Positions 36,813 to 46,032 of a stretch of DNA of 64,000 bases are shown piece by piece. The stretch covers positions 62,001 through 126,000 of IMG/VR virus record IMGVR_UViG_3300031576_000002; one strand, written 5' to 3'. The translations under genes and the position numbers were made by a program. Under the pieces are notes generated by a model, which was given only the letters and a program-made list of their open reading frames with translations, searched no databases and was not told the origin of the DNA. Position 1 is the first letter of the stretch. Every line of letters starts with the position of its first letter.

Positions 36813-37834
36813 AGCGGGGCTTCCGGTGCGGGCTGATAGCCCTTGTGGAGAGGCTTCAGCTCATCGTAGAGAGCGTTCAAGAAATTCCACCGCGGATTTT
36901 CCCCGAGAGCCTCATCTTGAGCCTCTTGTTCCAACTTATACCAGTCTGCTTCTGCACGCTGAAACTCTTCATCACTCTCGAAGTCTTCTTCGCGGGGCAT
37001 GGAGGGTAGGCCGTAGTTAGCGTCGTAGGAGTGCCATTCTTCCCAGAACTTGTCCTGCTCTGCGTCGCGTATGACTGCGAGTTCCGCTACGGTACCACTC
37101 GCTTCAGCAAGCTCTACAAAGGCTTCCGCAACGTCTTGAACGTCGCGCGCCCGGTGGTACTTTCCGACAAGCTCTAACGCCCTACCTACGAGATGCTCCC
37201 AAACGTGACCACTTAGGTCGGGCATTACCCCATAGTCGGAGGAACCCCATTCTCTGCCTACGACTTGGTCAAAACTCCAGTCGTCAGCTTCTCCAAGCTT
37301 GGGGTGGTCAAGTGCCTGGAACCATTCCTTGAGGAGCGCCTTGTAAGGCTTCGAGGGCTCTGAGTTTGACTTTCCCTTGATCTGCGCAATGCGCGGGTTT
37401 TTGGTAGAATGTGGCGTGCTCATTTCAATCGTGACATGTGGTTGATTCTGTGGGTCGCGTAACGAATAAATGTATGAATCCTCTGCATACACCGCTTGAC
37501 AGTAGGACCCGATGCAATGTTTCATCTTGGCGCCCTCGACTTCCAGATCATTCTTGGACTTGACCTGTTGAATCGTCCATCCACTGTCCAGGCTGTAGAC
37601 GACATTCTTTTCTTCGTACTCTTCCGGCTCTTGTGTTCCTATCTCCCGGTCCCACTCACGGACCGCGTCTAGTACCTGTTCCGAGGTCATGGGCATGATG
37701 TTAGGACGTTTCTCTCTAAACCAGTCGCCAATGTGGTCAATTACTTCGGCGTCTATAGGAGGAAGATCTCGCTCCTGGATGTAGTCGTTGAACGTGGTCC
37801 ACAGCCTTTCCCGTTGTAGTTCCCGAACACCCAA
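36809..37834 (-). CDS. PcfJ-like domain protein (possibly the frameshifted C-terminus of the upstream gene)
   Basis: LEVEGAKMKHCIGSY..IYSLRD..PHVTIE..QIKGKSN. Confidence 0.75.
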   Translation of the reverse strand: MGVRELQRERLWTTFNDYIQERDLPPIDAEVIDHIGDWFREKRPNIMPMTSEQVLDAVREWDREIGTQEPEEYEEKNVVYSLDSGWTIQQVKSKNDLEVEGAKMKHCIGSYCQAVYAEDSYIYSLRDPQNQPHVTIEMSTPHSTKNPRIAQIKGKSNSEPSKPYKALLKEWFQALDHPKLGEADDWSFDQVVGREWGSSDYGVMPDLSGHVWEHLVGRALELVGKYHRARDVQDVAEAFVELAEASGTVAELAVIRDAEQDKFWEEWHSYDANYGLPSMPREEDFESDEEFQRAEADWYKLEQEAQDEALGENPRWNFLNALYDELKPLHKGYQPAPEAPL

Positions 37835-39615
37835 GAAATGAGCTTTTCGTCGCGCTCGCGTACATTATCCTTCACCCACTGAATGTTGGACCTAGACCGT
37901 TCATCCTGATTCTCTGGACGACTTTGCAAGTGCTTGATTCTTGTATCCTTGTCCGCCTGCCGGAAGATCCTGAGCACGCCTTGGAGCGGCAGATCTATCT
38001 GCCTTGGATCGCGCTCTGGCGCAAACAGTGGAAAGCTGGAATAAACAGGAACTTCATAGCCTTCCGCTTTCATCCATTCGATGAAGTTCTTGATCGTCTC
38101 TTCATTCAATTCTGCCGAAATCTTCTCCAGTATCTTCTCTCGGCCTTCTACAAGGCGGTCGATAAACTCACCCTCAGCTTTCATCTCTAGCTCGGAACGA
38201 TACTCGCTTTGGTACCAATCATCTACGTCCAACTCATCCAAAACGGTATAAGCCTCTTCCTGCTCTTCAGGATCATCCGTAGTAATTTCGATAATGCCGC
38301 CCTTGGCAGTGAGATGGGGAACCGAGTCTTCGAGCCACTCTATAAAGGTTCTCTCTACATCGATCTCTTTTATCAGATCGGCCAGGTCAAGACTGTAAGG
38401 ATCTTCGGATAGTTTTTTCCACTCTGCTTCATAATCTTTAAAGTCGATGTAGTCGATAAAGAGTCCGATAGCCAAAGGCGGTATGTTCTCCTCCATCCAG
38501 TGTCCTAGCATCCTGCGTGGGTACTCCTCGTCTACTAAGATTTCCTGCTCTGGCCTGAGCTTTCTATGCTCCTCTTCCCACTTCAGATCCTGCTCGATCC
38601 ACTCCTGCGTCCGCTCTATCGCGGACTCTTTGAGATCATCTATTTCATAGTGGTCGGCGTACTCATGGCGTAAGTTCACACCAAGACTATTGGTCAACTT
38701 TTCGAGCGTGTACGCGCCAATGCCTATGAGAGGTCTTCGGATCTCGTCGATAACTTTTTCGCCTACTTCCCGATCACGAACGTCTTTGTACTGACGAGAT
38801 TCTGGATGTGCCAGCACGTACTTCTCGCCGTTTTTCAGGATGAGGTAGAGCGGACCGTCTTTCAGGTAGTCCTTTGAGAACCGTGGATCCTTCACGCACC
38901 AGTCTGTGCCGTGACAGAGTGCCGCAGAAGACTCAGGCGTCGTAATCTTCAGTACCTGGTACGTGCCGTCGTCATAGACTTGCTGCGCACCTTCTACTTC
39001 CTTGACGCGGACCTTCTCCTTCTTGCTTTCCTGGCCAGTTGCGCTGTCGATCGCATCCGCAAGATCGCCGTAGCTTCTGTACTGGCCGATGTCTTTGGGA
39101 GCCTGGAAGCGTGGACTGTTCTTGAGCCGTTCAAACTTGGAGAGCGCTTCGTGGACTTTCTCGGTATCTTCTGGAAACCGGATCTGCTCCGCCTGCACCT
39201 GACGGACGATCCAGGACAGATACTTCTTGGCAAGCGATGGATCGGCTTCCGCCGCTTCTCGGATCTCGGCTTCACCGAACTGCGGAAATGCTTTGAGCAG
39301 GCCGGGTAGCCTCTCTTCAAGCCCTGCTTGAATGAGACGGGCTAGGACTCTTTTCAGCGCGGCCGGAGCCCAGGCACCTCCCTGCTCCTGACTTCTCGTA
39401 CCTCGTTGAAAGTTTCCGCGCGTATCTATGAAGCCAGTGTCCTGAATGTCGTCCCATGCTAGCGAATTGCTCAACACGATCTCGACGTGAGGCTGGTCAA
39501 ACTCTCCCACGATGACCTCGCCGTCGGTAAGGAGAATCGCCGGGCGGCGCTTTACGAACTCTGCGTGCAGCAATTCATTGGCTAGCAGCAGGGTAGTCGC
39601 AGTCAAGGGGCTCAC
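37753..39615 (-). CDS. Multidomain protein with repeated leader motifs
   Basis: GTGA-coupled start MSPLT; ADPS..KYLSW, KDIGQY, GTDWCV domain; acidic C-terminal half. Confidence 0.6.
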   Translation of the reverse strand: MSPLTATTLLLANELLHAEFVKRRPAILLTDGEVIVGEFDQPHVEIVLSNSLAWDDIQDTGFIDTRGNFQRGTRSQEQGGAWAPAALKRVLARLIQAGLEERLPGLLKAFPQFGEAEIREAAEADPSLAKKYLSWIVRQVQAEQIRFPEDTEKVHEALSKFERLKNSPRFQAPKDIGQYRSYGDLADAIDSATGQESKKEKVRVKEVEGAQQVYDDGTYQVLKITTPESSAALCHGTDWCVKDPRFSKDYLKDGPLYLILKNGEKYVLAHPESRQYKDVRDREVGEKVIDEIRRPLIGIGAYTLEKLTNSLGVNLRHEYADHYEIDDLKESAIERTQEWIEQDLKWEEEHRKLRPEQEILVDEEYPRRMLGHWMEENIPPLAIGLFIDYIDFKDYEAEWKKLSEDPYSLDLADLIKEIDVERTFIEWLEDSVPHLTAKGGIIEITTDDPEEQEEAYTVLDELDVDDWYQSEYRSELEMKAEGEFIDRLVEGREKILEKISAELNEETIKNFIEWMKAEGYEVPVYSSFPLFAPERDPRQIDLPLQGVLRIFRQADKDTRIKHLQSRPENQDERSRSNIQWVKDNVRERDEKLISWVFGNYNGKGCGPRSTTTSRSEIFLL

Positions 39616-40088
39616 GAATTCCCCCGCCGTGCGCGTTCGGTTTGAAGCATTTCGTAGACCGCGTTGCTCGTCAGGTTCTGGTAAGTACCGGCCGCATCTC
39701 GCCACCATCGAGCTTCGGCCTGGTTTGGGCCTCGGGAGCGTACATCAAGGTGTAGCCCGGAATTTGCCCAAAGAGGGTAGAGACCTATTCCGCCCCAGCC
39801 GAATCTTTCCGCCTGAATCCAGGAATCAATGAGACTGAGACCTTGAACGTGGCAATCCACGGCTTCCCCGCGGTAATGAGCGGAGTCCGCAGCATGCCCG
39901 TCGGCTGCCCACGCGGCATGGATGAGAACAGGCTTGCCGACAAAAGCTCGGAAGATGTCGAGACGGAAAAGGAGTTCTTGCTCGATTTGATTGGGGTCTC
40001 CCCACGCATTGACGCCTGGACGCCCAAAGGCTTGCTCTTCTCTTTTGAAGAACTTGAGCGTCTTCCAGAACGCTGCATCAGCTTTCAT
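39612..40088 (-). CDS. Peptidase M15 endolysin
   Basis: SAHYRGEAVD..GGIGLY..LHLDVR Zn-peptidase motif. Confidence 0.85.
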   Translation of the reverse strand: MKADAAFWKTLKFFKREEQAFGRPGVNAWGDPNQIEQELLFRLDIFRAFVGKPVLIHAAWAADGHAADSAHYRGEAVDCHVQGLSLIDSWIQAERFGWGGIGLYPLWANSGLHLDVRSRGPNQAEARWWRDAAGTYQNLTSNAVYEMLQTERARRGNS

Positions 40089-40094
40089 TTTCGG

Positions 40095-40412
40095 CTAGTC
40101 CCGCCGAGGATGGGGGCGCTGCCCTAGCTGGAGCTTTCTTCCAATCTGGCGAGCTACTTCCTCCCAGGAAAAGCCTGCGGAGTCTCCAGTCTCGACAATA
40201 CTGCGAACTCGTGAATCTTGTCCGAACCTGCGCTCTAGCTCCTGCCCAAGGTTAACCCAATCAGGTTCCGGGTCTCCCCACTCACCAATCGCTTTTGTTA
40301 CAAGATCCCCGACCGGCCAGAAATCCTGATTGTACTGAAATAGTTTCACGACTGCATCGACCGTACTGTTGCTGTCCGCCAAGAGGTGTAGTGCGTTTCT
40401 TAGGTGTTTCAT
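40095..40412 (-). CDS. Hypothetical protein with amphipathic leader
   Basis: MKHLRNALHLLA. Confidence 0.5.
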   Translation of the reverse strand: MKHLRNALHLLADSNSTVDAVVKLFQYNQDFWPVGDLVTKAIGEWGDPEPDWVNLGQELERRFGQDSRVRSIVETGDSAGFSWEEVARQIGRKLQLGQRPHPRRD

Positions 40413-40422
40413 CAGAGTCCCT

Positions 40423-40908
40423 CTACTCCGGCAAGATACCGATTCCACGTCGAACGGTTTGCACCACCGACTTCTCAGGATCTACGTCAAACGCCTTGAA
40501 CAGAATATCTGTGGCTTTCTCGACATCGAACTCCTTACAGGAAAAGAAATCGGCTGATAGATAAGAACGCTGCGGCCAGGTATGAACGGAGAGATGAGAT
40601 TCCGCGATTATGACAATTCCGGAAACTCCCGACTCCCCCCACGCACGTTCTTCGAGATGCCGTTCCATATCTCGAACTACAGTTTCTGCGTGAGACGGTA
40701 ACGGAGCAACTCCACCACGGAGCTGCTCTACAAAACGCTGAAGCTCGCTCGCTGCATGCGGGAAACGTACGCAAAGCGGTGGCACTACGACACACATATC
40801 TAGGTGCGCCGGCATCTCTGCAAGTACGTGATAAACGGTCTCTAAACTCGCTAGAGCCCCGGGGCTCCTAACCCGGCAATCAAAAAGTAGGTGCAACCCA
40901 GTCTGCAT
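40423..40908 (-). CDS. speD: S-adenosylmethionine decarboxylase proenzyme
   Basis: [31 protein letters not shown]; GGAGG SD before the ATG at 40908. Confidence 0.9.
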   Translation of the reverse strand: MQTGLHLLFDCRVRSPGALASLETVYHVLAEMPAHLDMCVVVPPLCVRFPHAASELQRFVEQLRGGVAPLPSHAETVVRDMERHLEERAWGESGVSGIVIIAESHLSVHTWPQRSYLSADFFSCKEFDVEKATDILFKAFDVDPEKSVVQTVRRGIGILPE

Positions 40909-40910
40909 GG

Positions 40911-41516
40911 CTACGCTGCCTCCAGTTTTTCCAGTAACAGCGCTTCTACTTGGTGAGGGCACATGCCGGGATTTTCTAAGTTGAAGGCTTTTCCCGCATT
41001 ACAGTTGTAGCACAAAGTTTGGTACTTAGTCGGATCATTCTCTACTATCATACGCTGCCACATTTTCCGCAAGCCGCAGAGCTTCCGGTCTCTATTTCCG
41101 CCGCCTTTAATACGGTCAATTACTAAAAACTGTAAGCGAGCTTCTCCGCAGCAAGTACACGCATAGCCGTAAAGGTCAAAAAGCCTAAAGCGTAGGCGCA
41201 TCCTCGAATTGTAAAACTTCCTTCTTATCTTGTCTGGATGCTTTTTCTGATAGCGTCGCTCTCGCTCTTTACGTCTTGGATCAACTTTGTGAGATTTATA
41301 GTAGTCGGCATTCCGCTGCTTTATGTATTCTCGCCTCTTTGCGTTCCGCAAACGGTCGGCCTCCCTCAAAGATTCTATATGCTCAAGTCGCCACTTTCTG
41401 TTTTTAGCCAGTAATGTAGCCTTATTTTTCTGGTAGAAGGCTCGCTTCTTCTCCAAAATTTCTTGCCGGTTAGTCTGATAATACTCCTGCCTTTTCTTTA
41501 GTTCTAGGCTAGACAC
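40911..41516 (-). CDS. HNH endonuclease paralog with catalytic His-to-Arg change
   Basis: [26 protein letters not shown]. Confidence 0.8.
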   Translation of the reverse strand: MSSLELKKRQEYYQTNRQEILEKKRAFYQKNKATLLAKNRKWRLEHIESLREADRLRNAKRREYIKQRNADYYKSHKVDPRRKERERRYQKKHPDKIRRKFYNSRMRLRFRLFDLYGYACTCCGEARLQFLVIDRIKGGGNRDRKLCGLRKMWQRMIVENDPTKYQTLCYNCNAGKAFNLENPGMCPHQVEALLLEKLEAA

Positions 41517-41519
41517 AAT

Positions 41520-42140
41520 TTAGGCCGCCTTGTCCAACTCCATAGTCCGCCTTTCTACCTCGTGCGGACAAATACCAGGATACTCAAAATTATTCACTTT
41601 TCCAGCGTTACAGTTCCAGCACAGTGTCTGGTACTTGGCCGGATCTTTCTCAACAATCATACGTTTCCACATGCTCCGGCTGTTTCCGGAATTTTTCAAA
41701 TCTCGGTTTCCTCCGCCATTTATATGGTCTATCGCGAGAAATGGAAGACGGTGTTCACCGCAACAGGCACAGCATAGACCGTAAATTGTTAAAACTCTGT
41801 AGCGAACTGCGGCCCACTGCTTGCGACCTCTCGCATTCAACTCTTCCCGTCTACGTTTATAGGCTTGGTGTAGCCGCTCTTTATACTGTGGATCATTTTT
41901 ATGAGCCTGGCGCCACGCTGTACTCTGCGCATTATGCTTTTCTTTATTAGCTTTGTAGTAAGCGCGCTGGTACGCGCGCGAGCGCTCACTGTTAGCAGCC
42001 CGCCACTTTCTATTACGCGCTACAACTTTTTCCTTATTCAAGGCGTAGCGCGCCCGGATCTTATCAATGTTCTTCCAGTAATACCTCCGACCTCTCGCCC
42101 GCTCTTTTACTAAGTCAACTTCCTTGCGATCAACAGCCAT
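41520..42140 (-). CDS. HNH endonuclease (intact)
   Basis: CACCGE..FLAIDHINGGG..YQTLCWNCN. Confidence 0.85.
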   Translation of the reverse strand: MAVDRKEVDLVKERARGRRYYWKNIDKIRARYALNKEKVVARNRKWRAANSERSRAYQRAYYKANKEKHNAQSTAWRQAHKNDPQYKERLHQAYKRRREELNARGRKQWAAVRYRVLTIYGLCCACCGEHRLPFLAIDHINGGGNRDLKNSGNSRSMWKRMIVEKDPAKYQTLCWNCNAGKVNNFEYPGICPHEVERRTMELDKAA

Positions 42141-42155
42141 AGCCGTAACCCACCG

Positions 42156-42296
42156 TTACCACTCCTGCCTGACCATCGCTGTCATGCTGATTTCTGCGGG
42201 CAAGTTTTCGAGCAGGTGGTAGACGGTCGGGAGGCTAGCTATCGCTCCTGCCGTGCGTGTACGGCAGTCGAAGAGGAGATGGATTCCTGTTTCCAA
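42156..42296 (-). pseudogene. Truncated duplicate of the speD N-terminus
   Basis: LETGIHLLFDCRTRTAGAIASLPTVYHLLENLPAEISMTAMVRQEW*; 24 of 42 residues identical to speD. Confidence 0.85.
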
Positions 42297-42311
42297 TTCA
42301 CAAAACCTTCC

Positions 42312-42680
42312 TTACGGAGCAGTAGAAGCGTCCGTGATTCTCAGCCGCAGCAAGTCGAGCAGCTTCAGCCCGTCCTCGTGCGGAAGCGCTTCGTAGACCT
42401 CGATCGCTAGAACTGGCCCCGCCTCGAACAAGGCGTTGACAACATCTTCGAGGTTTCCGTTAATCCAGGTCTCGGCCAACTCTTGTGCCTCGTTGAGACC
42501 CTCCTCACCACCTAGCCCTTTCGTAGAATCTTCCATGGACTCTTCCATGGACTCTTCCATGGACTCTTCCGTGGACTCTTCCATGGACTCTTCCATGGAC
42601 TCTTCCGTGGACTCTTCCATGGACTCTTCCACGTCGTCTTCCGCGCCGATAGCGCGGATGATTCTACTGAGGCGCTGCAT
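42312..42680 (-). CDS. Acidic protein with (M/T)EES repeats and amphipathic leader
   Basis: MQRLSRIIRAIGA; GGAG SD. Confidence 0.6.
   Translation of the reverse strand: MQRLSRIIRAIGAEDDVEESMEESTEESMEESMEESTEESMEESMEESMEDSTKGLGGEEGLNEAQELAETWINGNLEDVVNALFEAGPVLAIEVYEALPHEDGLKLLDLLRLRITDASTAP
42526..42633. repeat. 12-bp tandem repeat, about 9 copies (GGACTCTTCCAT)
   Basis: Directly visible in the sequence. Confidence 0.9.
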
Positions 42681-42695
42681 GGGAGGCTCCTTGCG

Positions 42696-43202
42696 CTACG
42701 GCAGCGCGTTGGTAATCGTGGTCAGAAGGTCCAGCGTGCTGTCGCGGAACTCGACGTAGGGCGCTGGACGGGCGGCAGCCACGGGCTCGTTGCGAGTACG
42801 GGGCTGACTCACCTTCTTCTGCTCGATCGCGGTACGAACTGTGTCCACGTCCGCAATCACAGCTCCATTACCCTGCGCAGCAGCGATGTCCGTGAGAAGA
42901 CCGAGGATTTCGTCGCGAAAAGAGCGCCGATTGATCGGAGCCTCGAACTCAACGCCGCGTACGAACACGTCCGAAACCTTGTTGACGCGATAGCCAGCGA
43001 TACGCGCCAGGAGCGCGGTCACAGTTGCAGAAGGCGCCAGAAGGTCGAGAACCGCCTCGCCTACGTCCAGGGTGGTATCCCGGAAGTTACGAAAGGCGTA
43101 CACTCCGACCTGCTCAGAGCCGGTCACGAATGCGCCCGAAACCAAGCGGTTCTCGATGTTGTCCAGCTCTGCCAGGATCTCTGCCTTTGTGCTTAGGGCC
43201 AT
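42696..43202 (-). CDS. Putative virion protein (paralog of 44786-45331)
   Basis: MALSTKAEIL; FV(T/R)G motifs; GGAGG SD. Confidence 0.55.
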   Translation of the reverse strand: MALSTKAEILAELDNIENRLVSGAFVTGSEQVGVYAFRNFRDTTLDVGEAVLDLLAPSATVTALLARIAGYRVNKVSDVFVRGVEFEAPINRRSFRDEILGLLTDIAAAQGNGAVIADVDTVRTAIEQKKVSQPRTRNEPVAAARPAPYVEFRDSTLDLLTTITNALP

Positions 43203-43265
43203 GACGTTTCCTCCGTGCCGTTAGTATCTATACGAATCACGGTTCAATTTCGTTCAGCGTTGTGC

Positions 43266-44423
43266 CTAGTCGCAAACACAGGCAAGTTCTAGGTCAACTG
43301 CGGCGCTAAAAGTAGAAAACAGACTCGCCACATTCACGCCAAGAGCGTCGGGAGAGTTGGTGCAGGTTGGTCCCGAATGAGTCGTCACGCCTGCCGGGTA
43401 GATCGTCAGTCCAGTTCCCCCGCTAGTGTTCCACTCAAGCTTAGCAGTGTCTGCCGCGTCTATGTTACAGACCCGGCAAGACCGAATGTTTCCGGCACAG
43501 GACGCTGGCAAAGTAACGGACTGGTCGGATCCATTGGGAGAAGCTGTGGTCGTGTTGACTTCTCCGCCGTTCTGAGAGACGCCGTTCACACGAAGACCGT
43601 AAACTCCATCTCCAGGGAGTTGGTACAAATCGCCCACCGCGTCGCGCAAGCCAACTGCAAGCGCGCCCGTAGGCGCGTCGGCGCCGTGGATTGCAGCAAG
43701 CTGCTCCACCACTGCATTGGCAGCGTCCTTCGCCGCGATTACTGGAGCACCTGTAGTGCTCGTCAACAGGCGTCTTGCATTTCCATCTTGAGACGTGCCT
43801 CCCACGTTGAGAAGTCCTGTGGGAACGGGGGAGTCGTGAGTACCGACAAAATTCGAGATTGCTGTTCCATCAATCTTATCCAAGTCTACTACAAAGGTAC
43901 CAGACCCGTAGTCAACTGTGAGCGATGATCCACCGTCCGATACATGCAGATTACCGCTCGAAGAATTCAAAATGCTGATGTACCCGGCCACGTTATCAAA
44001 CGCTAGCGGCATGTTGAGCAAAGCACTAGGGGTGGGCAGCAGAGGATCAAACGGCGCCGTAACGCTGCTGAGAATTCCCAGAGCCGTTGGCGTTACGCCC
44101 TCCAGTCCGTAAGTCAAAGACGGCATCGGATTCGCCGTCGATACAGCGGCTCCAGCCACGACCATAAAAGTGGGTAGTGGATTTGCAATTCCTACGGGAG
44201 TTCCAGCAATCTGCGTGATGTTTACGGGCTGCTCTCCTGCGCCAGGAGTGGTCGTAATCGATCCTGTCACGGGGACAGGAACCAGAGCCGAGACGGGGGA
44301 GAACGTGCCGCTACCGTCTTGAACGTACAGCACGCTCGGATTTGGAGCGGCTGTATAAACCGTTTGGGCAGCAGCAGAGCCTACCCACAAAAGAAGGAGA
44401 AATGGTATGTTCCGAATTTTCAT
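43266..44423 (-). CDS. Signal-peptide protein with fibre-like low-complexity repeats
   Basis: MKIRNIPFLLLLWVGSAAA; V..ANP(L/M)P repeats. Confidence 0.55.
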   Translation of the reverse strand: MKIRNIPFLLLLWVGSAAAQTVYTAAPNPSVLYVQDGSGTFSPVSALVPVPVTGSITTTPGAGEQPVNITQIAGTPVGIANPLPTFMVVAGAAVSTANPMPSLTYGLEGVTPTALGILSSVTAPFDPLLPTPSALLNMPLAFDNVAGYISILNSSSGNLHVSDGGSSLTVDYGSGTFVVDLDKIDGTAISNFVGTHDSPVPTGLLNVGGTSQDGNARRLLTSTTGAPVIAAKDAANAVVEQLAAIHGADAPTGALAVGLRDAVGDLYQLPGDGVYGLRVNGVSQNGGEVNTTTASPNGSDQSVTLPASCAGNIRSCRVCNIDAADTAKLEWNTSGGTGLTIYPAGVTTHSGPTCTNSPDALGVNVASLFSTFSAAVDLELACVCD

Positions 44424-44758
44424 GGCGGCGTCTCCTTCTTGTCAGTATGACCTACCCCGCTTTTTTCCTTTTCGTCGGTGTTTTTGTCGGCCCGTTCTTT
44501 AGCAGGGACAGGAGACTTGCACTCCAACCCTCTAAGGTTTTTGTAGACTCCGTCCACGGGCGCGCAACATGGAATGCACCCTGGCGTGGGAAGATTTCCG
44601 CAGCAGGGAAGGCATTGGCCGCCTTGTAGCGTATCAAGGTCAATCCAGCGGCCACGACTTGCGTCTACCCACCGACTTGTATCAACCCAGTGGGGTGGGG
44701 GCATAGGCGCCGTACAAGCGCTGCTCAGCAGAAAAACAAACAGAAATAGTGATTTCAT
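44420..44758 (-). CDS. Cys-rich lipoprotein
   Basis: Lipobox LSSAC after a hydrophobic core. Confidence 0.55.
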   Translation of the reverse strand: MKSLFLFVFLLSSACTAPMPPPHWVDTSRWVDASRGRWIDLDTLQGGQCLPCCGNLPTPGCIPCCAPVDGVYKNLRGLECKSPVPAKERADKNTDEKEKSGVGHTDKKETPP

Positions 44759-44785
44759 TTTGGTTGTCAGGAGTTTGGATCCCTG

Positions 44786-45331
44786 TCAGGGATAAGCGGC
44801 CACAGCATCCCGAAAAATAGGAAACATTAAGACCGCGATCTCGTCTAGCGTCGCGCAACGATGGATAGGCACACCTCTCACGTATGAGCTTCCTATGAGC
44901 TTATTCAGGACCAATTCTTCCGCTTTCAGCGCAGCACTGAGAGCAGATGGATATCCATTTGCTAGATCAGACAACGTGCCTGCTGCGATGGTGATAGAGA
45001 TGATGCCTGCGTCGTCAGGCACCAACCCACGAAGTAGGGGGCGCCCGATTGGCCTTGGTTGCGGCTTTCCCCGCACTATGATGCCGATGTCAAGACTCGC
45101 GCGAGTCTCTTCCACAAAGGCGATGACCGCCGCTCGAACGAATGCAGTGAGGGGGTCACTTGTCGGAGTAATGAGTGCAGTGCCCTCCAAAATGTCAAGC
45201 CCTGTAGTTATGAGGGTGGCATCACTGAGAGCACTGGATTGTTCTTGTCCCCGAACAAACACCCCTGAGTGATTCAGCGCAGTGGCGCCGTCAATCACTC
45301 GCAAAATTTCTGCTTTGGTCGAAAGAGTCAT
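44786..45331 (-). CDS. Putative virion protein (paralog of 42696-43202)
   Basis: MTLSTKAEIL; SGVFVRGQEQ. Confidence 0.55.
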   Translation of the reverse strand: MTLSTKAEILRVIDGATALNHSGVFVRGQEQSSALSDATLITTGLDILEGTALITPTSDPLTAFVRAAVIAFVEETRASLDIGIIVRGKPQPRPIGRPLLRGLVPDDAGIISITIAAGTLSDLANGYPSALSAALKAEELVLNKLIGSSYVRGVPIHRCATLDEIAVLMFPIFRDAVAAYP

Positions 45332-45510
45332 GGCACGTCAGGGCAGCAGCCGGCGCTGCGGTGCAGTTCGCGCCTACGCCGCAGATCATCCGCGTCCTGC
45401 GGATGGGCCATCAAGCGTGCCATCAACTCATCGTGCAGTGTGGGATCCTGCTGCTTCAGCTTTCTGAAGACGCTGCCCACAAGATCAAACTCTTGTGAGT
45501 TTGGCTTCAC
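45328..45510 (-). CDS. Hypothetical protein
   Basis: Coupled ORF. Confidence 0.45.
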   Translation of the reverse strand: MKPNSQEFDLVGSVFRKLKQQDPTLHDELMARLMAHPQDADDLRRRRELHRSAGCCPDVP

Positions 45511-45752
45511 GATTCCCGCGCGAGTACGATCTGGCCCAGCTCGTACGTCACCAGAGCCAATTGCTTTACGACCTTCCGCAAGTCCGCCACGTTGCCGGTG
45601 TTGGCGTCGATGTAGGCTTCGATCGCGGGCCGTGTCATCTGGAGGAAGGGCTTGGGCTCGGTCGCGGCCAACTTTTCGGCCTTGACGTTCTTCTTACCCG
45701 TCTCGCGCTTCTGCGCCACGGGATCGATGACGGGTTGGATCGTCTGGGCCAT
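45507..45752 (-). CDS. Hypothetical protein
   Basis: Coupled ORF. Confidence 0.5.
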   Translation of the reverse strand: MAQTIQPVIDPVAQKRETGKKNVKAEKLAATEPKPFLQMTRPAIEAYIDANTGNVADLRKVVKQLALVTYELGQIVLARES

Positions 45753-45753
45753 C

Positions 45754-46023
45754 TCAGTTCTTCCTCACATGTAGGGTGTAGCCCTGTCCGATATCGAAGG
45801 ATACCAGTTCGTCGTTCTCACTAAGTAGGTGTGTTTCCCCCACCCGCTCTACACTTGATAGGTGCTGTTGTACAAAGACATTGGCCGCTTCCAATGGATC
45901 GTTTGCCTCAACCACAACCTGCGGATATGCAGAATCGTACCCCCGTTCAGAATCCCAGCGGTTCAACTGAACTTGATACGAGCGTGCAGTAAGGATACGA
46001 ATGGCACGGATTAGCGCGTACAT
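45754..46023 (-). CDS. Hypothetical protein with amphipathic leader
   Basis: MYALIRAIRILTA. Confidence 0.5.
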   Translation of the reverse strand: MYALIRAIRILTARSYQVQLNRWDSERGYDSAYPQVVVEANDPLEAANVFVQQHLSSVERVGETHLLSENDELVSFDIGQGYTLHVRKN

Positions 46024-46032
46024 ATGAATCTC

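Noticed and set aside
42526-42633. Possible CRISPR array
   Set aside because: Contiguous 12-bp coding tandem repeat with no spacers
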